From contig DASRAN010000007.1 in assembly GCA_035638115.1 (NCBI GenBank), forward strand, positions 5,215 through 69,214: a stretch of 64,000 nucleotides of DNA, read 5' to 3'. A model generated the notes under the pieces. That model did no database searches and was not told where the DNA came from. It saw only the letters and a program-made list of their open reading frames with translations. The stretch comes from Patescibacteria group bacterium (GTDB lineage: Bacteria; Acidobacteriota; Polarisedimenticolia; Gp22-AA2). Below are positions 10,638-21,349 of this stretch, piece after piece; within the stretch, counting starts at the first letter, position 1; each line of letters starts with the position of its first letter. The position numbers and the translations under genes were made by a program.

Positions 10638-11977
10638 GCCGGCCCGGGCGGCGCGCCCCCGGCGCGCTGCGGCTTGAGTGTGCGGTGCTGCTCGCGGGTG
10701 CGGTGCTCCTCGCCGGGGCGCGCGCCGGCCGCGCCGACGAGCGGCCGAAACCGGGCGCCCCCGCGGCGCCGGTGGTCACAGCGCTGCGCTGCGGGCACCT
10801 TCTCGATGTGACCGGCGGGAGGACCGCCGGCGCCTCGACCATCGTGGTGCGCGGCGAGACGATCGAATCGATCGGCGCGGCGGGCGCCGCGGTGCCCGAG
10901 GGCGCCACGATCATCGACCTGTCGCGACTGACCTGCCTGCCGGGGCTCATCGACGCCCACACCCACACCTTCCTTCAGCCGGGGGACTACGACGTCCAGC
11001 TCCTGAAGCAGTCGTTGCCGCGCCGCACCCTGCAGGCGGCGGCCGCGGCGAAGGCGCTCCTGCTCGCGGGGTTCACGACCATCCGCGACCTCGAGACGGA
11101 GGGGGCGATGTACGGCGACGCCGCGTTGCGCGACGCCATCGCCGACGGTCTCGTGCCCGGCCCGCGGATGCAGGTGGCGACGCGGGCCATCTCCACCACC
11201 GGCAACTACGCCCTTCTCGACTACGCCCCCGAGGTGACGGTCCCCAAGGGGGTGCAGATCGCCGACGGCGCCGACGGCATGCGGCGCGCCGTGCGCGAGC
11301 AGATCCAGTACGGGGCCGACTGGATCAAGATCTACGGCGATTACCGGCGCTTCCGGCCGACCGGCGAGATCGAGGACCTGCGCGTCACCATGACGCCCGA
11401 GGAGATGGCCGCCGTGGTCGACGAGGCGTCGCGCCGTCATCGGCCGGTGGCGGCGCACTGCTACGGCAACGAGGCGGCGCGGCAGGCGATCCGGTCGGGG
11501 GTGCGCTCGATCGAGCACGGGCTGTTCCTCGACGAGGAGACCTTCCGGATGATGAAGGACAAGGGGGTCTGGTACTGCCCGACCCTCACCGCCTACCGGA
11601 CCTCCTGGGACGAGCAGAAGACCGAGGCCTGGAAGAAGGTGGCCGACGGGCACCGCGAGTCGTTCCGCCGCGCGCTCAAGCTGGGGGTGCGCATCGCCTC
11701 GGGGAGCGACGCCGGCGACTTCCCGCACGCCGGCGCCGGTCGCGAGCTCGAATTGCTGGTCGAGTACGGCATGACGCCGATCGAGGCGATCCGCGCGGCG
11801 ACTCTGGGCGGCGCGGAGCTTCTGGGATGGCGTGATCGCGTCGGCGCGCTCGCCCGCGGCATGCTGGCCGACGTGGTGGCGGTCGAGGGCGATCCGCTCG
11901 CCGACATCTCCGCCGTCCGGCGGGTGCGATTCGTCATGAAGGGCGGACAGGTGGCGCGGGCCCCCGAAGCCCGCTGA
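10634..11977 (+). CDS. Amidohydrolase family protein (Xaa-Pro dipeptidase-like, exported)
   Basis: PGLIDAHTH, GFTTIRDL, GADWIKIY, VAAHCYG, SIEHG, GSDAG; signal-like N-terminus; GTGA overlap with the permease. Confidence 0.9.
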
Positions 11978-12017
11978 GCCGGCCGCGGACGGCGCGGCAC
12001 GATCCCCCGGCGCGGGC

Positions 12018-13331
12018 TCAGTCCAGGGCGCCGGCCGGAAGGTCGGCGCCGGCCACCACCAGGACCTGGCGATCCAGGGTGACGTAGCGCCGCGCCGCAT
12101 CCTCCGCGGCGTGCCGATCGACCGCGTGGATGAGATCAGCGACCCGGTCGGGAAACTCGAATCCGAGCCCCTGGTACTCGCTGTCGGCCAGCAGACCCGC
12201 GGCGCCGGCGTTGGTCTCGAAGCGGCGCGGCAGCACCGAGGCCATCGCCTGCTTCGAATCGGCCAGCTCCTTCGGCTTGATGCCGGCGCTCAGGAACCGC
12301 GCCAGGGTCCTGCGGATCAGACGGGTGGCGCGCACCACGTTCTCCGTCGCCACGCCGGCGCGCACCACCACCGGGCCCGCCCCGAGACCGGCCCAGACGT
12401 ACGAGTGGGCGTAGTAGGCGAGACCTGCGTTCTCGCGCACCTCGAGCCCGAGACGCCCGCCGATCCCGAACTCGCCGAGGACGCTGTTCATGACGAGCGC
12501 CGCCTGGAGATCGGGGCCGCGCCGGCGCACCGCGGGAACGAAGCCGAGCGCGACGTCGGCCTGCGTCTTGCCCGCGATCGGATGGATGATGGCGCGCACC
12601 CCGGCGGGTGGCGGCGCGTCAGGGAACGGCGCCGGGCCCGCGCCACCGTCGCCGGCCTGCCGCGGCCCCCGGCCGGGGGCGGTCCAGGACGCGAAGTGAC
12701 GCGCCGCCAGATCGTGCGCCGCGGCAGCGGTCACCTGGCCCGCGATCACCAGGACCGCGCCGCGCGGGATGCAGCGCGCCGCGTGGAACCGGACCAGGTC
12801 GTCGCGGCCAAGGGCCTGGACACCGGCGCGCGTTCCATGGATCGGCGCGTGGTACGGATGTCCCTCGGGGAACAGGCTCTCGGCGAGCAGGTCGTCGGCG
12901 CGCGCGGTGGTGTCGCAATCGCGCTCGGCGAGGTCGGTCAGGATCCGGGCCCGCTCTCCCTCGACCTCCGCGGCGGGGAATTCGGGCGCGGAGACGATGA
13001 CGCGCAGCCGCTCCAGCGCGAACGGCAGGTGTCCCGGAAGCATCCGCAAGGTGACGTCGAGGCCGTCGAGCCGGGTGCGGGCCAGGAAGGCGGCGCCCAG
13101 GTTCTCGAAATCGCCCGCGATCCGGGCGGCGGTCAGCCCTCCCGCGCCGCGGTCGAGGAGCCGGGAGACGAACGCCGCGGCGCCGGGCTTGTCCAGGGAA
13201 TCGAATCCCGAGCCGGCCGGCAGGATGAGATGGACCGCGACCGATCGGGTCGCCGGGTTCGGCCGCGCGATGACCGCGAGCCCGTTGTCGAGCACGACCC
13301 GCCGCGCCGCGACCAGCGATTTCGGGCTCAC
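12018..13331 (-). CDS. M16 (pitrilysin-like) peptidase, non-catalytic subunit
   Basis: LDNGLAVI, lacks HxxEH, REN AGLAYY C-terminal M16 motif; GTGA overlap with its partner. Confidence 0.85.
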   Translation of the reverse strand: MSPKSLVAARRVVLDNGLAVIARPNPATRSVAVHLILPAGSGFDSLDKPGAAAFVSRLLDRGAGGLTAARIAGDFENLGAAFLARTRLDGLDVTLRMLPGHLPFALERLRVIVSAPEFPAAEVEGERARILTDLAERDCDTTARADDLLAESLFPEGHPYHAPIHGTRAGVQALGRDDLVRFHAARCIPRGAVLVIAGQVTAAAAHDLAARHFASWTAPGRGPRQAGDGGAGPAPFPDAPPPAGVRAIIHPIAGKTQADVALGFVPAVRRRGPDLQAALVMNSVLGEFGIGGRLGLEVRENAGLAYYAHSYVWAGLGAGPVVVRAGVATENVVRATRLIRRTLARFLSAGIKPKELADSKQAMASVLPRRFETNAGAAGLLADSEYQGLGFEFPDRVADLIHAVDRHAAEDAARRYVTLDRQVLVVAGADLPAGALD

Positions 13332-14653
13332 AACGCCGCCGGCGCGCCGGCCGTCGCGGCCGGCTCGAGGATCCCGACCGTCCGGTGCGCGGCGTCGAGA
13401 CGGGCGGCGGCCGCGCGCGTCACGGCGGCCGCCGTGACGGCGGCGACGCGGCGGGGGAGATCGAGCCAGATGCGGTGCGATCCGATGGTCTCGAAGAACC
13501 CCAGCTGGTGCGCCGCGTCGGTGACGCTCTCGCTCTCGAGCGCGTGGCGCGCGAGGATCTGATTCTTCGAGCGCGCCAGGTCCGCCGGCTCGATGCGTCC
13601 GGCCCGGAGGGCCTCGACCTCGGCGACGATGCCCGCCTCGACGCTCGCCGGCGTGACGCCTTCGCGCACCGTCGCCTGCGCCATATAAAGAAAAGGATAC
13701 CGGGTCGGGATGAGCGTCGTCGCGATCTCGCTGGCGAGGCCGCCGTCCACCAGGGCGCGCCAGAGACGCGACGCCTTGCTCGGCCCGCGGCCCTGTCCGC
13801 CGCTCCAGGCGTTGACGCTCGGCCCGCCGGCCAGGATGCCGTCGGCGACCAGGAGCGCCGCGAAGTCGGCGTCGGCCGCGGCGGGCGCCGGCCAGGCGAG
13901 GCTGACGTAGGCGGCGCCCGAAGGGCGGCGCACGCTGACCCGCCGCTCGCCCGCCTGGTCCGGCTCGATGGTGCGCACGGTGGGAGGGGACGGTCCCTTC
14001 GGCAGCCGCCCGAAATGCCGTCGCACCAGCCGCAGGGCGTTTTCGGGATCGAAGTCGCCGGCGGCCACCACGATGGCGTTGCCGGGGACGTAGAACGATC
14101 GATAGTGCCGCACCAGGTCCTCGCGCGTGATGGCGCGCAGGTCGGACACGTAGCCGATCGTCGGCCAGCGGTACGGGTGGGCCTGGAGGGCGGTCCCGGT
14201 CACCTCGCGATCGAGGTAGGTGCGCGGGTCGTTCTCGCCACCCTGGAGCTCCGAGATCACCACGGTGCGCTCGCGCTCCACCTCGCGCGGGTCGTAAAGG
14301 CATTCACCCATGCGGGAGGCCTCGAGCCGCAGCATCTCCTCGAACGCCCCCGCCTGCACGGTTTCGAAGTAGGTGGTGACGTCGAGCCAGGTGTAGCCGT
14401 TCCAGACGCCGCCCGCCAGCTCGACCCGGCGCGTGATCTCGTCCCGGCCGAAGCGCCGCGTCCCCTTGAAGTTCATGTGCTCGACCCAGTGGGAAATCCC
14501 GGTGATCCCCGGCCGCTCGTCACGCGAGCCCACCCGGTACCAGCACCAGAGGGAGACGAGCGGCACCTGCCGCATCGGGCGGAGGAGCACGGTGAGACCG
14601 TTGCGCAGCGTCGCGACGATCGGCGCCGCGGACGAAGAGGAGCGTCGCGTCAT
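13328..14653 (-). CDS. M16 peptidase, catalytic subunit
   Basis: LRNGLTV, WYRVGSRDE, SHWVEHMNFKG (HxxEH), ERERTVVISE, HPYRWPTIG. Confidence 0.92.
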   Translation of the reverse strand: MTRRSSSSAAPIVATLRNGLTVLLRPMRQVPLVSLWCWYRVGSRDERPGITGISHWVEHMNFKGTRRFGRDEITRRVELAGGVWNGYTWLDVTTYFETVQAGAFEEMLRLEASRMGECLYDPREVERERTVVISELQGGENDPRTYLDREVTGTALQAHPYRWPTIGYVSDLRAITREDLVRHYRSFYVPGNAIVVAAGDFDPENALRLVRRHFGRLPKGPSPPTVRTIEPDQAGERRVSVRRPSGAAYVSLAWPAPAAADADFAALLVADGILAGGPSVNAWSGGQGRGPSKASRLWRALVDGGLASEIATTLIPTRYPFLYMAQATVREGVTPASVEAGIVAEVEALRAGRIEPADLARSKNQILARHALESESVTDAAHQLGFFETIGSHRIWLDLPRRVAAVTAAAVTRAAAARLDAAHRTVGILEPAATAGAPAAL

Positions 14654-14705
14654 GCGGCGTATGGTATGTCAGGTGCCGTACAATGAGTCCCTTCATGAGC
14701 GCGCG

Positions 14706-15764
14706 ATGATCGGGGAACGGTCCACGACTCCGGGTTCCGCCTGGCGCGATCGGCCGATGGTCGAGGTGTGGCGGGGGGAGCGGGTCGAATCGCTGCATCA
14801 CGGGGCCGCCGTTCTCGTCGACGACGCGGGCGGCGTGGTCGCCGCGCTCGGCGACCCGGGTCTGGCGACCTATCTGCGCTCGTCGGCCAAGCCCGCGCAG
14901 GTCCTGCCCGTGATCCTCTCCGGCGCCGCGGAGCGCTTCGGCTTCACCGAGTCCGAAATCGCCGTCATGATCGGTTCGCACGGCGGCGAGCCGTTCCATC
15001 TCGAGGCGGTGCGCTCCATCCTGAAGCGCGCCGGGATCGGCGAGGAGGCGCTCCAGTGCGGGGCGCACCCGCCGTTCTACCGTCCCGCCGCCCGCGCGCT
15101 GCGTCTCGCGGGACAGGAGCCGTCGGCCCTGCACAACAACTGCTCGGGGAAGCATGCCGGCATGCTGGCGCTCGCGGCGCATCTCGGCGCGCCGATCGGC
15201 ACCTACCTCGAGCCGGGCCACCCGGTGCAGCAGCGCATTCTCGAGGTCGTGGCGCGACTGGCCGGGGTCGCGGCCGGCTCGATCGGGACGGCCGTCGACG
15301 GCTGCTCGGCGCCGACCTTCGCCATCCCCCTCGAAGCGGCGGCGACGCTGTACGCAAGGCTCCTCGCGCCCGAGGCGCTGCCCGAGGATCTCGGGCGTGC
15401 CTCGCGCCGCGCCGTCGCCGCGATGCGGCGCTATCCGGAGATGGTGGCGGGGACGGAGAGGCTGTGCACCGATCTGATGCGGCAGGGCGGGGACGGGTTG
15501 ATCGCGAAAATCGGCGCCGAGGGCTTCTACGGGCTCGGGTACGTCCGCGGCGGCCGCGGATTCGGCCTCGCGATCAAGATCTCGGACGGCGACGGCGACA
15601 GGGCGCGTCCGACGGCGGCGATCGACGCGCTTCGCCAGCTCGGGGTCCTGACCGGGCCGGCGGCGGACGAGATCCTCGCGCGTCACGTCGGACCGATCCG
15701 CAACCACCGCGGGCTCGTGGTGGGCCGGGTCCGGTCCTGCTTCGCCCTCGCTCCGGGCGCCTGA
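14706..15764 (+). CDS. L-asparaginase II (Rhizobium AnsA type)
   Basis: RGERVESLH, RSSAKP, HNNCSGKHAG, VDGCSAP, AKIGAEG, KISDG; start may instead be 14758. Confidence 0.88.
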   Translation: MIGERSTTPGSAWRDRPMVEVWRGERVESLHHGAAVLVDDAGGVVAALGDPGLATYLRSSAKPAQVLPVILSGAAERFGFTESEIAVMIGSHGGEPFHLEAVRSILKRAGIGEEALQCGAHPPFYRPAARALRLAGQEPSALHNNCSGKHAGMLALAAHLGAPIGTYLEPGHPVQQRILEVVARLAGVAAGSIGTAVDGCSAPTFAIPLEAAATLYARLLAPEALPEDLGRASRRAVAAMRRYPEMVAGTERLCTDLMRQGGDGLIAKIGAEGFYGLGYVRGGRGFGLAIKISDGDGDRARPTAAIDALRQLGVLTGPAADEILARHVGPIRNHRGLVVGRVRSCFALAPGA

Positions 15765-15851
15765 TCCGCCGCCCGGACGCACGCGGAGCCCGTGCTATAC
15801 TCATCGCCCATCGTTCCTTCGGGAGCGCCGCGGTGGCCCTCCCGTCATGGA

Positions 15852-16436
15852 GTGAATCCAAAACCTTCCGTGCGGCCCCGACGTTCCGCCCGCGCCCTCG
15901 TGCTCGCGCTCGCCCTCGGAGCGGCGCTCCTGCCGGCCGTCCCCGCGCGGGCGCAGAAGATGCCGTCGATCGGTCCGTCGCAGGGGCTGCGCCCCGGCAA
16001 CCTGGCGTTCGATTTCACCGGCAAGGATCTCGACGGGCACCCCTATCACCTCAAGGATCTCCGGGGACAGGTGGTCCAGGTCGTCTTCTGGGCGACCTGG
16101 TGCGTCCCGTGCGTCGAGGAGATCCCGGCCATGCGCCAGGTGTACGCGAAATACCGCGATCGCGGCCTCGTGGTGCTGGGGGTGGTCGTGCCGGCCGATC
16201 AGACCAAGACCGGGGTGCGCGAGTTCGCGACCCAGCACAAGATGGACTATCCGATCGTCTGGGACGGCGCGGACGCGATCGTGAACCGCTACCGCATCGA
16301 CGCCATCCCGCAGATCTTCCTCATCGGCCGTGACGGCGTGATCCGGTACGCGGGGGGCGAGCTCCCCGAGGGATACGATTCGATCCTCGAGTCCGCTCTC
16401 GCCCAGGACGTGCCGCCGCGGGCCGCCGCCCGGTGA
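15852..16436 (+). CDS. TlpA/ResA-like thiol-disulfide oxidoreductase
   Basis: Signal peptide; FWATWCVPC, YRIDAIPQIFLIGRDG; start approximate. Confidence 0.88.
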   Translation: MNPKPSVRPRRSARALVLALALGAALLPAVPARAQKMPSIGPSQGLRPGNLAFDFTGKDLDGHPYHLKDLRGQVVQVVFWATWCVPCVEEIPAMRQVYAKYRDRGLVVLGVVVPADQTKTGVREFATQHKMDYPIVWDGADAIVNRYRIDAIPQIFLIGRDGVIRYAGGELPEGYDSILESALAQDVPPRAAAR

Positions 16437-17725
16437 CCGCCGCCCGCCGGCGGGAACGGGCGATCCTCATCGGCGTCAGCCGCGCCCGCGGCGATCGCGC
16501 GGCGCTCGACGAGCACCTCGACGAGCTCGAGCGACTCGCCGCCACCGCCGGGGCCGCCGTCGCGGCCCGCCTCGTGCAGGAGCGCGGCGTGGTCTCCCCG
16601 GCGACTCTCCTGCGCAAAGGGAAGGTCGAGGAGCTCAAGAGCCTCTGCCTCGAGCACAAGGCGACGCTGGTCATCTTCGACGAGGATCTGAGCCCGGCGC
16701 AGGTGCGCAATCTCGAGAAGGAGACCGAGGCCACGGTCCTGGATCGCTCGGCGCTGATCCTGGACATCTTCGCGCGGCGCGCCCGCTCGCGCGAGGCGCG
16801 CACGCAGGTGGAGCTGGCCCAGCTGCGCTACCTCTTGCCGCGGCTGACGAGGCAATGGACGCACCTGTCGCGGCAGGCGGGCGGCATCGGCCAGCGTGGT
16901 GTGGGTGAGACGCAGCTGGAGAGCGATCGCCGGCTGATCCATCGCCGCATCGCGCGTCTGGCCGCCGAGCTGTCGACCATCGAGAAGGAGCGGCGCGAGC
17001 GGCGCAAGAGCCGTGACGGCGTGCCGCGTGCCGCCCTGGTCGGCTACACGAACGCCGGCAAGTCCACGGTGCTCAACCTGCTCACCGGGGCCGGGGCGTT
17101 CGTCGAGGACCGCCTGTTCGCGACCCTCGATCCCCTGGTGCGCCGCGTGGGCGAGAAGGGCCGCGCCTCGTTCCTGCTGATCGACACGGTCGGGTTCATC
17201 CGCAAGCTACCGCACCATCTGGTCGCCTCGTTCCGCAGCACGCTCGAGGAGGCGGCGGACGCCGATCTCCTGGTGCACGTCGCCGACGCGTCCTCGCCCG
17301 CGATCGCGGATCATCTCGAGACCACGCGCGAGACGCTCGAGGGCCTGGGGCTCGGCGATCGCCCCGCGCTCATGGTCCTGAACAAGGCCGATCAGGTCGC
17401 TCCGGACGCCCTGGACCGGCTCCAGGCGGGGTACCCCCACGCCCTCGCCATCTCGGCGCTCGATCCGGGCGACGGGATCCGCCTCATGCGCGCCATCGAG
17501 GAGAAGCTGTCGACCGGGGTGATCGAGGAGACGGTGTCGCTGCCGCTCCGCTCGGCGGGGATCCTGGCCCGGCTGTCGAGCCTCGTGCAGGTGACCGGCA
17601 CGCGCTACACCGCGGAGCAGGTGGAGGTCCGGTTCCGCTCCCGGCCCGAGACGCGCGAGCGGGTGGCGCGGCTTCTGGCCTCCCCCGAGGCGTCGCCCGC
17701 CGGCGCGCGGCGGAAGGTCCAGTGA
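16433..17725 (+). CDS. hflX: Ribosome rescue GTPase HflX
   Basis: QVELAQLRYLLPRL, GETQLESDRR, VGYTNAGKST, LFATLD, DTVGFIRKLPHHLV, NKAD. Confidence 0.96.
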   Translation: MTAARRRERAILIGVSRARGDRAALDEHLDELERLAATAGAAVAARLVQERGVVSPATLLRKGKVEELKSLCLEHKATLVIFDEDLSPAQVRNLEKETEATVLDRSALILDIFARRARSREARTQVELAQLRYLLPRLTRQWTHLSRQAGGIGQRGVGETQLESDRRLIHRRIARLAAELSTIEKERRERRKSRDGVPRAALVGYTNAGKSTVLNLLTGAGAFVEDRLFATLDPLVRRVGEKGRASFLLIDTVGFIRKLPHHLVASFRSTLEEAADADLLVHVADASSPAIADHLETTRETLEGLGLGDRPALMVLNKADQVAPDALDRLQAGYPHALAISALDPGDGIRLMRAIEEKLSTGVIEETVSLPLRSAGILARLSSLVQVTGTRYTAEQVEVRFRSRPETRERVARLLASPEASPAGARRKVQ

Positions 17726-18843
17726 GCGCGCGTCCCCGCCGGGCGGCGCGCGGTCGCAGGCTGCGCGTCGCCGTCGTCTACGGCGGACGCTCGGTGGAGC
17801 ACGAGGTCTCGCTGGTCTCGGCCAAGGCGATCATGGCGGCGTTGGACCCGGCGCGCTACGAGGTGCTGCCGGTCCTGGTGTCTCGCGACGGCCGCTGGAG
17901 CGCGGGGCGTTCGGGCGCGAAGTCCCGGTCCCTGGCGGGGGTGAGCGAGCTGCTCCGTTTCACCGGGAGCGGCGCCCGGTCGGTGGACGTCGTGTTCCCG
18001 ATCATCCACGGCACGGGGGGGGAGGACGGCACCCTGCAGGGGCTGCTGACGCTGGCCGGCCTGCCGTTCGTCGGCGCCGGCGTGCTCGGCTCGGCGCTCG
18101 GGATGGACAAGGCGGCCATGAAGACGATGTTCCAGGAGGCCGGCCTGCCGATCGTGCGTTACCGCGCCGTGTCGCGGCGCGAGCACGACGCCGCCGCCGC
18201 CGGGATCGAGTCCATTCTCGAGCGTCACTGCGGCTATCCCTGCTTCGTGAAACCCGCCAACGGCGGCAGCAGCGTGGGTATCTCGAAGTGCCGCGATCGG
18301 GACGGGCTGCAGCGCGCCCTGCGCCTGGCGTTCCGATACGACCACCGAATCGTGGTCGAAACCGCCGTGGACGGGCGGGAGATCGAATGCAGCGTGCTCG
18401 GGAACGAACACCCCGACGCCTCGGTGGCGGGCGAGATCGTGCCGGCGGGGGAGTTCTACGATTACAAGTCGAAATACGCCGACACCGGCTCGCGGCTGGT
18501 GATTCCCGCGCCGCTGAGCCGCGCGCAGCAGGCGCTGGTCCGCGACCTGTCGATCCGCGCCTTCCAGGCGCTCGACCTGGCGGGGTTCGCACGCGTCGAT
18601 TTCTTCGTGGAGCGGGGGAGCGGCGCCGTGCTGTTGAACGAGGTGAACACGCTTCCGGGGTTCACGCCCATCAGCATGTATCCCAAGCTCTGGGAGGCGA
18701 GCGGGCTGCCGTTCCCCCGCCTGGTCGATCGGTTGATCGCCCTGGCGCTGGAGCGCCATGCCCTGGGTCGCAGGCTGGTGACCACCTTCGGGCCGGGGGG
18801 GCCACGGGGACCGAGGAAGGCCGGGGCGCCCCGGCGTCGGTGA
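17722..18843 (+). CDS. ddl: D-alanine--D-alanine ligase
   Basis: YGGRSVEHEVS, HGTGGEDG, KPANGGSSVG, FYDYKSKY, NEVNTLPGFT...SMYP. Confidence 0.96.
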   Translation: MSARPRRAARGRRLRVAVVYGGRSVEHEVSLVSAKAIMAALDPARYEVLPVLVSRDGRWSAGRSGAKSRSLAGVSELLRFTGSGARSVDVVFPIIHGTGGEDGTLQGLLTLAGLPFVGAGVLGSALGMDKAAMKTMFQEAGLPIVRYRAVSRREHDAAAAGIESILERHCGYPCFVKPANGGSSVGISKCRDRDGLQRALRLAFRYDHRIVVETAVDGREIECSVLGNEHPDASVAGEIVPAGEFYDYKSKYADTGSRLVIPAPLSRAQQALVRDLSIRAFQALDLAGFARVDFFVERGSGAVLLNEVNTLPGFTPISMYPKLWEASGLPFPRLVDRLIALALERHALGRRLVTTFGPGGPRGPRKAGAPRRR

Positions 18844-18947
18844 TCGGCCGTTCGCGAGCCGCGGTCGCTTGACATTCGTCGCGAGGGATCTTAATTATCT
18901 CCAGGTCATCGGCGGCCGGATCGACGATGCCGCGGACGACAGGGACC

Positions 18948-19538
18948 ATGCTCGACACCAACGTCCTCGTCCTCAACAGGCTTTTTCAGGCGATCCAGGT
19001 GACATCGGTTCGCAAGGCCTTCTGTCTGCTCTACAAGGGACAGGTCCGGGCCGTGAATCCCGATTACTCGACCTGCGCCTGGGAGGACTGGGTCGACGTG
19101 CCGCCGCAGCCGGACGACGAGGTGATCGTCACGCCGACCATCAAGGTCCGCATTCCACGCGTCGTCCTGCTGGTCGATTTCGATCGCCTGCCGAGGCACG
19201 AGGTCCGCTTCACGCGCAAGAACATCTTCTATCGCGACCGCAATCGGTGCCAGTACTGCGGCGACAAGTTCCAGACCCGCGACCTGAACCTGGACCATGT
19301 CGTGCCGCTCTCGCGCGGCGGGAAGTCGACCTGGGAGAACGTCGTCTGCTGCTGCATCCCGTGCAACTCCCGCAAAGGCGGGTCGCTGCCGGAGGAGGCG
19401 GGCATGAGACTCGTGCAGTCGCCGGCGCGGCCCCGGTGGCACCCGCTGGTGAAGATCTCCCTGGCCTCCGGCCGGTACGAGGCCTGGAGGAACTTCCTGG
19501 ACGCGGTCTACTGGAACACCGAGCTGCGCGAGGACTGA
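18948..19538 (+). CDS. HNH endonuclease
   Basis: VLVLN N-terminus, RDRNRCQYCG, LDHVVPLSRGG, WENVVCCCIPCNSRKG. Confidence 0.92.
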   Translation: MLDTNVLVLNRLFQAIQVTSVRKAFCLLYKGQVRAVNPDYSTCAWEDWVDVPPQPDDEVIVTPTIKVRIPRVVLLVDFDRLPRHEVRFTRKNIFYRDRNRCQYCGDKFQTRDLNLDHVVPLSRGGKSTWENVVCCCIPCNSRKGGSLPEEAGMRLVQSPARPRWHPLVKISLASGRYEAWRNFLDAVYWNTELRED

Positions 19539-19617
19539 GTCAGGCTCTCGCGGCGCCGTTGTCCGACCCCGGTTGCCCGGCCCTCCAAGGCGGCCTATCC
19601 TGTGCACCCGTGACCCG

Positions 19618-20349
19618 ATGACCTATTACGACCGCGCGGACTCCCGATCCCAGGTGATGCTCGGTGGGCGAGTGACCCCGGGCATCCGGGCGCTCATGAT
19701 CGCCAACGGCGCCGTCTTCCTGGTCCAGATGCTGACGCTTCGGGTCGGCGGTACGGCCATCGAGCCGCTCTTCGGCCTGCAACCCGAACAGGTCATCCAC
19801 AAGCCGTTCTTTGTCTGGCAGCTGGTGACCTACATGTTCCTGCACTCCACCGGGTGGATCTTCCACGTGGTGCTGAACATGTTGATGCTCTGGATGTTCG
19901 GGGCCGAGGTGGAGCGGGCGTGGGGGACCCGGCCGTTTCTGAGGTACTACTTCGTCTGCGGCATCGGGGCCGCCCTCACGACCTGCGTCCTGTTCCCGCA
20001 CAGCCTGACGATCGGGGCCTCCGGTGCGGTGTTCGGAGTCATGCTGGCGTACGCCCTGATGTTCCCCAACCGGCAGATCCTCTTCTGGTTCATCTTCCCG
20101 ATGCGCGCCGTGAGCTTCGTGCTTCTCTGCGCCGTCATCGAGATGGCCCAGCTCCTCGAAATGCAGGACGGCATCGCGCACATCGCGCATCTCGGCGGGA
20201 TGCTCTTCGGATACCTGTACTTGAAGCGGGCCTGGCGTATCCGGCCGTTCCTGTCCGAGCTGCACTGGAGGCTGAGGCGGCGGCGCTTCCGCGTCGTCGA
20301 TCGGCCGGACCAGACGCCCCGCCCCGACCGGCACTATCCGTACCACTGA
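19618..20349 (+). CDS. Rhomboid family intramembrane serine protease
   Basis: WQLVTYMFLH, HVVLNM, GASGA catalytic Ser, AHIAHLGG catalytic His. Confidence 0.93.
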   Translation: MTYYDRADSRSQVMLGGRVTPGIRALMIANGAVFLVQMLTLRVGGTAIEPLFGLQPEQVIHKPFFVWQLVTYMFLHSTGWIFHVVLNMLMLWMFGAEVERAWGTRPFLRYYFVCGIGAALTTCVLFPHSLTIGASGAVFGVMLAYALMFPNRQILFWFIFPMRAVSFVLLCAVIEMAQLLEMQDGIAHIAHLGGMLFGYLYLKRAWRIRPFLSELHWRLRRRRFRVVDRPDQTPRPDRHYPYH

Positions 20350-20399
20350 GGGAACACGGGGCGGGCACGAACCCGCCGGTCACCCGGCGGACGCTTCAA

Positions 20400-21338
20400 T
20401 CAGCGGCAGGTCGACCCGAGGTAGTAAGAGGCCGAGGCCGCGAGGGCTTCGGACGGGGTCACGCCATCGGCCTGTATCCGGGCCACGAGCCATGCACGAC
20501 CGCCCCCATCGAACCCGACGATGCGCTGCACGGCGTCGCCGACGCGACCCACTCCGACGAGCATCGTCGAGCAGGCGGGCTCCGAGGCGACGCCGATCGA
20601 CGTCGAAATCGACGGGCCCGAGGTAATCACGATCGGCACGTCTGTTCCGCCCTCGATGCCGGGTGACTGGTTCGCCTTGCCGGGGAGAACAGGGGGCAGA
20701 CCTGGACCGACGCACGGCGCATTGTGCTTCGGTCCGCAGACACCGATGATCGGCACGTCGGTTCCGCCGTTGGGCCTCAAGTCGCGGCCGTTCAGGATGG
20801 CGGGGCCGAGCAGTCTTGGTGCGGCGAACAGTCGCCCGGTGCCGAGGTCCAGCGGCGCGTAGAAGACCTTTGCGTTGTCACGCCAGAAAAACAGGTAGGC
20901 ACCGGCCGAAGAAACGCCGACGGCCGGGGAGCGATCGTTTCCGGGGCCGAAGGTGACCGGGCGCGGGTCGCTCCAGGAGCCGGAATCGAACCGGCTCCAG
21001 GTGAGCTTCATCGCCTGTCCGTCCCAGTGACTCCAGATGAGAATCGGAGCGCCGCTGCGGGGATCGGCTGCCAGGACCGGAGTCACGTCGGGTTCGTCAC
21101 CCGAAGTCGAGGGCACCACGCCCGTCCGCACCCCGAAGGCGTCTGTGTACGTCCAGGACAGACTACGGCCGTCCGTGGACGGGGTCTTTCGATCGAGTCC
21201 CACGGCCTCGACCGTCAGCGAACCGCCTCCGGGAACGGGAATGGACGAAGCCGCCAGACAGGGGGCCATCGACGCGGCGGTCAGGACGGTGATCGCCGCC
21301 GCCACCCGCCTCCATGCATCGCGAAGCCTCTGTCTCAT
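20400..21338 (-). CDS. Secreted hypothetical protein with duplicated GGTDVPI motif
   Basis: ATG 12 nt after the TPR stop; signal peptide; beta-propeller-like segments (PVLAADP...LIWSHWDG, DRSPAV...LFFWRD). Confidence 0.72.
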   Translation of the reverse strand: MRQRLRDAWRRVAAAITVLTAASMAPCLAASSIPVPGGGSLTVEAVGLDRKTPSTDGRSLSWTYTDAFGVRTGVVPSTSGDEPDVTPVLAADPRSGAPILIWSHWDGQAMKLTWSRFDSGSWSDPRPVTFGPGNDRSPAVGVSSAGAYLFFWRDNAKVFYAPLDLGTGRLFAAPRLLGPAILNGRDLRPNGGTDVPIIGVCGPKHNAPCVGPGLPPVLPGKANQSPGIEGGTDVPIVITSGPSISTSIGVASEPACSTMLVGVGRVGDAVQRIVGFDGGGRAWLVARIQADGVTPSEALAASASYYLGSTCR

Positions 21339-21349
21339 GGCACGCCGCC

